A stretch of DNA of 63,252 nt, filler included, from Chrysochromulina tobinii (Eukaryota): the NCBI GenBank assembly GCA_001275005.1. It is 5 parts of 5 records of this genome, joined end to end, with 100 filler letters (N's around TTAATTAATTAA, not from the genome) between each part and the next. Parts side by side here need not be neighbours in the genome. Positions count along the whole stretch, not along the records: positions 39,412 to 50,037 come from JWZX01000429.1; positions 50,138 to 63,252 come from JWZX01000430.1; 3 more parts are not named here. One strand, given 5' to 3'. The notes beneath the pieces were generated by a model. That model searched no databases, had not been told where the DNA came from, and saw only the letters and a program-made list of their open reading frames with translations. Of this stretch, positions 43,681 to 51,804 are shown in pieces. Each line of letters starts with the position of its first letter. The stretch's first letter is position 1. Position numbers and translations under genes: made by a program.

Positions 43681-46600
43681 ATGGCAGAGGCGTGGGAGCT
43701 CAGCGACGAGGCCCTGTTGTCGATGCCTGAATTCGCGGGCAACGGCACATCCGTGGCGCCCAGCGCTGCGGCTGGCACCAGCGGTGCGGCCGTGCCTCAC
43801 TACGTCGCCAGCCTCAACGCCGCCCAGCGCGATGCGGTCCTCGCACCCATCGATCAACCGCTGCAGATCCTCGCCGGCGCAGGGTCGGGCAAGACATCTG
43901 TGCTGACCGCGCGAATACAGCACATGCTCGCCTCTGGAATACCTGCTTCGCGCGTGCTCGCGCTCACATTCACCAAAGCGGCGGCCGAGGAAATGCGTGA
44001 GCGTCTTCAACGCGCAGTCGGGCCGACGGCCGAGAAAGTGACTATCTCGACGTTCCACGCTCTCTCGCTGGCACTCTGCCGATCGTACGCCGATGCAGCG
44101 GGTCGGCCACGCGACTTCAAAGTCTGGACGACGCGACAGCAGATCAACGCCGTGCGCAAAGCTCTTGCCGAGCTGCGCGTGGCCACAGCGGCGGAGGCTC
44201 GGCCGCAACTGCCGCAACAGCCGCTGTTGCCAGTCTCGATGGCTGCCCAGGCTCCTGCGCCAGTCGCGCCGGACGACGAGGCGGCAGCGGGTGTCACGAC
44301 GGCGGCGGCGGCGGCCAAAAGCTCCGCCGACCCGTCGCGGCTGCTGACGTCGATCATGCACGCCAAGGCACGAGGGCAAGCAGTGGCCGACGGGCAGCTA
44401 CGCACCGTGTACGAGCGGTACACGTCACTGATGCTCCAGGCGAACGCCTTCGACATGCTCGACTTTCTCCTAGTCGCCACGGCCGCGCTCCGTGGCTCCG
44501 CCGAGGCACGCGCCGCCGTGCACCGCAGGCACACCCACGTGCTGGTCGACGAGTTTCAGGATACGAACGCGTTGCAGCTCGAGCTGCTGCGGCTCCTTGT
44601 CAAACCTGCCGACGTGGGTGGCGATGGCGGCAGCGGCGGCGGAGGCGGCTGCCTCACCGTTGTGGGGGATGACGACCAAGCCATCTACGGCTTCCAGGGC
44701 GCCAGCGGCTCCTTTGAACCGTACCGTCTAATGAGCTTCTGATTACCTCTAATGAGCTCTGATTGCCTCTGATTGCCTCTAATGAGCTCCTTTGATCGTA
44801 CCGTCAAGCCTGATTACGCTGATTATGATGATTAAGCTTGATTACGATGATTAAGTACCGTCAAGCCTCCCCCTCAACGCGTCGAGTCACCCTCGGAGTC
44901 CTGCATGCAAGTGCTCACCATCACGCCCTCTCCCCACAGGTACCGTCAAGCCTTCCCCTCAACGCGTCGAGTCATCCTCGCCCAAAACTACCGCTCAACT
45001 TCCACACTCGTCTTCGCGTCGGCCGCACTCGTCGGCCACAACTTGGGCCGCACGCCCAAGAACGCATGGACGCACCAACCAGCGGGCGAGCCCATTGTCA
45101 TTGCCGAGTGCCGCACGGTCGCCAATGAGTGCCGATACGTGTGCGAGGGCATCCGGCAGATGCTGCGAAGTGGGCGTCAGCCGCGTGACATTGCCATCCT
45201 GTTTCGCACGGCGCGCGTCGGCATGGTGATGCAGCAGGCGCTGTGCACCGCCGCGCTGCCCTTCAATTCGCATGCGGCCAACCTGTGGGAAAGCCGCGCG
45301 GTGCGCGAGCTGCGCGCGCTTCTCGAGGTGCTCGTGGCGCCGGCCGATGACGACGCCTTCGAGAGCGCCGTCGTGGCGCTTGTGCCGACGCACGCCGCCG
45401 AATTGCTGGGCTTCCTCCACCAGAGACGCCCGGGCAGCCGCAGGCTGGGCGGCAAGGGCGGCAGGGGCACCAGGGGCGCCAGGAGCGGCAGGGGCGGTAG
45501 AGGCGGCCTGGGTGGCGGTCGAGGACGACAGGCAAGCCCGGGCGGCGGCGGTGTCGAGGCCGACGGTGGGGGCGAGCGCTGTGGCGAGCGGTGGCTTTCT
45601 CTGCGGGCGGTGGCCGAGCAGCTGCGCGCCGAGCACCAAGACGATCCTCCGCGTCGTCCCAAGCGTCCGAAGCTTGATGAGGCGGACCAATTGACGAAGC
45701 ACGACCAGGCCGCCAACGCCGAGAATATGGATCGTGCCGGCAAGGGCGCGCTCGGGGTCAGTAGCGGCGCCAAGGGCGGCGGCAGCGGCGGCGGCGGCGC
45801 CAAGGGCGCCAAGGGCGGCGGCGGCGGCAGCGGCGGCAGCGGCGGCAGCGGCGAGGGCGGCGGCGGCGAGGGCGGCGTCGGCGTCTTCAACGGCGCTCAT
45901 TACGACGCGCTGTGCAAGTGCCTCGGTACGCTCATCACGACGCTCGAGCGCCGTATCGGTATCCTGCTTGCAAGTGCTCACCATCGCGCCCTCTCCCCAC
46001 AGGTACCCTCGAGACGCTCGAGCGCCGTATCGGTATCCTGCAGCTCCGGGCGCTGCTCAACCGTTGCGTCGAGGCGCTGCCGTCCAAGGGCGCGCTCAAC
46101 TCGGCGCCGCGCTCGCGCGTGGGCTCGTCACTGCTCAACGAGCGCGCGGAGACACGCACGACGCTTGCCATCGTGCAGGAGGCGGTGCAGACCTTTGAGC
46201 GCTGCTTTGAGCCTTCACAGCGCCTTTCACAGCCCTTGGAGCCGCAGCCCGCCGCATACACCGGCACCGCACCGACCGGCACGACGGCGGCAGGGGAGAC
46301 GGCGGCGCGGGGGGCTGCCACGCTGCCTCCGAAGCCCACCGCATTCGCCCCACCGGCGGCAGGTGCGATCTCCCTTGATTGAACTAGATTGCCCTTGATT
46401 GCCCTTGATTGCCCACCGCATTCGCCCCACCGGCGGCAGGTGCGGTGGCGGCAGGAGCGGCAGCGGCCTCCCTACCAGATGAGCCGTCCGCGTCCGCGCT
46501 ACCGGACGCTGCCGGCGCCCGTGCCGAGCGCTGCCGCGAGCGGCTTCGCGGACTGCTCGATCACTTTGAGCTCCTGTCCTCGGAGCAGGTGCGATCTCCC

Positions 46601-47181
46601 TTGATTGCCTTTAATTGCCCTTGATTGACCACTTTGAGCTCCTCTCCTCGGAGCAGGTGCGATCTCCCTTGATTGAACTTGATTGAACTTGATTGAACTT
46701 GATTGCCTTTGATTGAGCTTGATTGCCCTTGATTGCAGGAGGGTCGCATCTCGAAGGACAACGATCTCCCTCGATCTCCCTTGATTGCAGGAGGGTCGCA
46801 TCTCGAAGGACAACGCCGACGCGATCACGCTCTGCTCCATCCATGGCGCCAAGGGTCTCGAGTGGCCCATTGTCTTTGGCGTGCGCTTCAACGAAGGCGA
46901 GTGCCCGCTCACCGACGCGAGTACGGTGAGCCGCGTGCTGCTGGCGCTGTGCTCGGTGGCTCCCCGGGATCTGCGACTGACTCCTGGCGTCTGATTGCCA
47001 CCTTCATCAGGCTGCCATCGAGGAGGAGCGCCGCCTCGCGTACGTCGCTATTTCGCGCGCCAAGGAGCACCTCGTCCTCTCGCACGTCGCCACCGACCCG
47101 TCCGGAGCGCCGCTCGAGCCCTCGCGATTCCTCGCCGAGCTGCCGCCTCCCCTCGTGAGACGCACCCTCGCGTACTTTTGA
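43681..47181 (+). CDS. UvrD/PcrA/Srs2-like SF1A DNA helicase (introns 44721-44939, 45926-46002, 46363-46439, 46589-46790, 46926-47010)
   Basis: Motifs LNAAQRDAV, AGAGSGKT, ALTFTKAAA, STFH, VDEFQDTN, VGDDDQAIYGFQGA, QNYRST, SIHGAKGLEW, EEERRLAYVAISRAK, PSRFL; all five introns restore the frame. Confidence 0.93.
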
Positions 47182-47345
47182 GATGGTGGGTTTATAAAGG
47201 GGGTGGGGGGTATAAAACCCATTCCTAAAAATCCCCTCCAAGTTTTGATTGAATTGTAATCAACCACCTCCCGCGAAAAATGGCTCCGCCACCGGACTGG
47301 TGCCGAAGGCGGCTTTCGCAGACTCGTGGCTCTAATCGCGCGTAA

Positions 47346-48202
47346 ATGGACGAGCTGCCACTGGACTCTGTTCCAAAGGCGGCTTTCGCCGACTGGACGT
47401 CGGGCGTTCGCGACTCGGCGGCGGTCGCAGCGCTCGAAGAGGCTGCCGATTCGGTCACCCTCTCGGCTCTCGCAAGCCTCCGTGAGGTGTGTGGCGCCCC
47501 GGGCTCCTCGTGGGCGACGCTGCTCGGCGGCGTGCGCCGCAACAGCAGCGGGGAGGTCGAGCCCCTGCTTGCGCTGCTGCTCGCGCTCCTCGCGCGGCCC
47601 AACACCGCCGCGCCCGCGGCGTCCGCGCTGCTTGCCGCGATGAGCTGCGGTGGCGCCGCGAGCCACGGCGTCTTCCATCCGCTCGTGCTCTTCGAGCTGA
47701 CCAAGGCGCTCCGCCTTCTGCTCGACGAGGGAGCAATGGAGGAGGATCGCACGCCGGTGCTCGACGGGATCCGTCAGCTCCTCGAGCGCTCGCCGCTCCG
47801 CTCGCACGCGGAGGTGCACGCCCAGCTCATCGCGCTGCTCGCGGGCGTGGGTGCATACGCGCAGCTCGGCCTGTGCCTGGGCGACACGCACGGCGATGCG
47901 GAGCACACGCTGCCCGCCGTGATGCGCGCGGTGCTCCCAACGCTGGCGCTCGAGCACGGCACCGACGCCAAGGCGCTCAGCGCGCAGCGCGAGTGCGTCG
48001 ACTTTGTCGCGCTCGCGGTCGAAGGGCAGCTGTCGATGGCGGGCGTGACGGAGGAAGGTGGCAAGCGCGCAGCCGCGGCCCTCCAGGCCGTGCAGGCACT
48101 CCTCCAGCGCGCCTCGGTCGCCGCGCACGACCGCGCGCGCGACAAGGTGTGCGCGGGACTCGCGCGCCTGCTCATGCGCCTGCCGCCCGTGGCGAGCGAC
48201 GC
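47346..48202 (+). CDS. NCAPD3: Condensin II HEAT subunit CAP-D3-like, first exon only
   Basis: AASALLAAMSCGGAASHGVFHPLVLFELTKALR and LLQRASVAAHDRARDKVCAGLARLLMRLP resemble CAP-D3 N-terminal segments; probable donor GTATGT at 48203 followed by GATGACCTCT repeats; no continuation found on this contig. Confidence 0.6.
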
Positions 48203-49270
48203 GTATGTCGGCTTCCTAATTAGCTGCATGACCTCTGATGACCTCTTGATGACCGCTGATGACCTCTGATGACGCTCGAGCAGGTGCTCCCCTCTGATGA
48301 CCTCTGATGACCTCTGATGACCTCTTGATGACCGCTGATCACACACATCATCTTAATGTAACAAAGACGCCACGGCGTGAGAAGTTCTCCGGGAAGTTCT
48401 CAGACTCTTCGTACCGGTTAAGGACCCTATATTCGACTTAGAAGCAAGCTCCAAGCAAGCAAGCATTTGAGTGCTTCGCCGTGCTTGCATCTTACACCGG
48501 GGGAGCCGGACACGAGACATAGCACTTTCACTTAAGAACCTGATACCTGAAGAACCGAACCGACACACCGACGCATGCGCTCGACCACGCCAATGTGCCC
48601 CGGTGCCCACCAAGCTCCCAACTCCCAGCGGCCGACCGTCAGAATGAGGCCACCCCCTTCGACGCCCCCTGCGAACCTGAGACCGGCCCCTTGAGCCCTG
48701 GCCTCGATCAGGGACCTCGACAGTAACTCGACAGTAACTCGACAGTGTAACTCGAAAGACCTCGACAGACCAACCTCAGCCGCCAGCCTGACCGCTGACC
48801 CCATGCTCCCTCGAGCCACGCGGCTCGCGGGCCTCTCGGGCGGGTCGTCGGACGTCGCGGCCGCGGGCCGGGCGCGGGAGTGCGTGTTTGAAAATGTGTG
48901 TTTGCTATTCGTAATAAATGGCTAGACGGTGGCGATCGCTTCTGATATGCTAGGAGCGGAGGCGCTAGGACGACTACATCGCCGTGCTCGCTACACGGAC
49001 AGCGAGGCGCGTTGCCGCTCAAGGTGTCACCCGCGCCACGCCGCCACCATGATCGTAACCATCGTATAGCTTCCTTGCATGCTTCCTTGATCCTTGTAAT
49101 GCAGACTTGAATCGAACGCCATGCTAATGGAACACACCATACGCTGGTGGCCGAACAAGGCCGGCCGCTAGTGAAAGCCGATCCGCCACCCTCGGGCCAC
49201 AGCAACTGGCATCTCCTGCGTATAGTGCGTACTCCCACAATCTCTAAGCCCAGTCTGTAAGAAAGGCAGC

Positions 49271-49702
49271 TCAGTGCCTTCCTCGTTGGAGCTCAATCTG
49301 CATCGGCGTGCATAGCATGGCGTATTCCTCGCGTGTTGCCTGCTGCCGCCGCAGCGCGTCCAGCTCTGCCCGCAACGCCTCCAATTCTTCCTGGGCGTCG
49401 GACGAAAGCGAGCGGAGGTGCTCCTCGGTGTCTGTGCAGAGCCCGCTCCAGATTGGAGACCTTGACCTGCCTCTTCGCTGCCGAGTCTGTGCAGGCACAC
49501 GCACGCAGTTGTGGCCCATCCACAGGCCGTCGTCCCCATGCGTCTGCTCTATGCGCAAGGCATCCAGCCGTAGCCTCTCGAGCTCGGCACGCAGTTCTTC
49601 CAGCTCGTCGATCACGGCCGCTGGCAGAGTGGCGAGCTGTTCCTGCGTCTCAGTGCTCACGAATTGCTGCCCTTCCGCGCACGTCGATGCTCCAGCCCCC
49701 AT
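49271..49702 (-). CDS. Small protein with N-myristoylation-type start and an internally duplicated helix
   Basis: MGAGAS start; STETQEQLATLPAAVIDELEELRAELERLR vs CTDTEEHLRSLSSDAQEELEALRAELDALR. Confidence 0.6.
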   Translation of the reverse strand: MGAGASTCAEGQQFVSTETQEQLATLPAAVIDELEELRAELERLRLDALRIEQTHGDDGLWMGHNCVRVPAQTRQRRGRSRSPIWSGLCTDTEEHLRSLSSDAQEELEALRAELDALRRQQATREEYAMLCTPMQIELQRGRH

Positions 49703-50037
49703 CCCAGCTTCGACCGCGAGCCACTTGGACGTGAGCCCTGGAGGGACGAGTGCAGAGTACTGATCGCTCTGCAGATGCCTCATTAATTCATGTTTCGTCA
49801 GTCGGAGTACCAGTTTCGTCGCGGTCCGACTCGCTCATTCCTCATTAATTTTACTCATGAATCGCTATCTTACGCCGTTAAACAAGGCCGTTAAACAAGC
49901 AAAGCAAGCTTGCTAGCCGTTAAACATGAAACAGGGCGCCTTGGTTCCAAATGTGTACTGAGCCCTGAGCTCCAAGAGTGTATGGACCCAAACGAAGGGA
50001 GCGCTGCTACGGGCGCACGTGGTCGGATGAGCCGCGA

Positions 50038-50137
50038 NNNNNNNNNNNNNNNNNNNNNNNNNNNNNNNNNNNNNNNNNNNNTTAATTAATTAANNNNNNN
50101 NNNNNNNNNNNNNNNNNNNNNNNNNNNNNNNNNNNNN
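50038..50137. other. Artificial contig linker
   Basis: 44 N + TTAATTAATTAA + 44 N. Confidence 0.99.
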
Positions 50138-51310
50138 GCCGGGGCCGGGCGTTGCCTCATGCATCACCGCCGGAGCCTCGAAGGGCAGCTCATGCTGCTC
50201 GTAGCGGCTACCGAAGCCAACGCCGTGGGCGGCGTTCGCACGCCCCTCCCTTTGGGCCACGCTCGTGCGCGCGAGCTGCTGCTCGCCATTGTACGCGATC
50301 GTCTCCCACCGCTCTGCGTCGTACGAGCCCGGCCCGACACCCGCGCCCGTGGACGCGTACCGGGGGCCATCGGTGCTGAGACCGCCCGGCACGGCCGCGT
50401 CGCGGCCCACGAGCGACATGGCGTTGTGCGCCGACGGCTCGATCGACTCGAAGTTCGGGTCGTACTGCCCCGGACCGGGCACGTTCTCGTTGTGCGGCGC
50501 CGGGACCCGCGCCACCTTCGACGCGAAGGCGGCGCTCTTCATCGCCTCGCAGCCGTTGAGCGTCGTCATGTCCTGCTCACGGCCCGTCTCGGTCACCTGC
50601 GGCTTGTACGCGGCCGGCCCGGGCGTCTTCTCGCCCTCGTTCCAGTTGCCGCGCCGGAAAGAGAGGATGCGCTCCGCCGTCGCGTTGAAACCCACTTTGC
50701 CGTCCTGGATCGCCTGTGAGAACGTCTTCTTCGCCGTCATCACGAGCGAGAGGTAAACGGTCGGCTCATATGCGCCAGGGTCGCCGTCGTGGCCGTAGAG
50801 CTTTACGGGGTCGAAGCGGCGCTGCGTGCGCGAGCGAAACACAGTGGAGCCGGTGAGGTCGCGGCTCGTCGAGCCCACCTCTCGCTTGTGCTTCGGGTCG
50901 TACGTCCCGGGCCCTGGGACGAAGTGCTTCTTCGAGAGCTTCTTCTTAAGGCGCTTCTTGTCCTCGCGCTGGCGCTCGGACGGCTTGAGCCGGCGCGCGG
51001 TGCTCACGGCAAGGCTAGACGGCGCGGATCCGATCACGCGCGCGCGCTCGCGCTTGCTCAGTGCCGAGCCCGGCGAGCCGGCCGAGAGGGATGAGGACCG
51101 TGTAGTCCACGATTCAGTCCTCGCTGTCACGGTGTTTGACGGCGGCGACATTGGTTTCTTTGCCCCGGTAGGCGAGGCGTTCGACGGCGAGCGCTTTCCT
51201 GGCGAGCTCCTGGTAGGCGAGCGATGTCGGTTCCCGGCGGGCGAGTCTGGTCGGGTCGGCATCTCCGGTTCCGGCGCCTCTCCCGTGGCCAAATCCTTCA
51301 TGTCCGACAT
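50138..51310 (-). CDS. SHIPPO/PG-rich repeat (ODF3/STPG-like) flagellar protein, 3'-truncated
   Basis: Repeats PGPGTYDP, DPGAYEP, TPGPAAYKP, PGPGQYDP, VGPGSYD, TPGPG. Confidence 0.85.
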
Positions 51311-51804
51311 GTGGAGACTCTTTTTCGTTTTTTTCGGGCCGCAAAGCAGCGAAACTTGTTTTGGTTTCCCCGGGAAAGTCGACTGTCAGTCAGTCAGACT
51401 CGTCCCGGTCCCCCCGCGGCCCTCGGTCAACACAAGTACTCGTTCGCTCGCGGGCTTACTCAATTTTTCCAAAGGCTAAGTCCAAAGTCGTAGTCGAGGT
51501 GTCAGGTCGCTCCGTCCGCGCGCCGGTCTGGCGTCACTCTGGGCGTTTAAGTGGGCGTCTGGCCGCCTTATTGCAATTGCTGGCCGCCGAGCCAATTGCG
51601 CCGAGGCCCGAGCCGTGCACATCATGATCATCCGTATCAAGCAAGCAAGTACTGCTCGCACGGTTGCGCTTGTTTAGATACTTGTTTCGACTCGAGGATG
51701 TTTGCTTGCTATCCGTAGAAAGACACCGAGGGAGCCCGGCAGGGTCTACAGTCAGTCAGTCCGAGGGTCGGAGTCGCACATTTGTCGAAGCTGCCCCCAA
51801 CACG

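Noticed and set aside
39412..47181. Macrodomain + cullin + UvrD helicase as a defence operon
   Set aside because: Ordinary spliced eukaryotic genes; no evidence of co-regulation or functional linkage.
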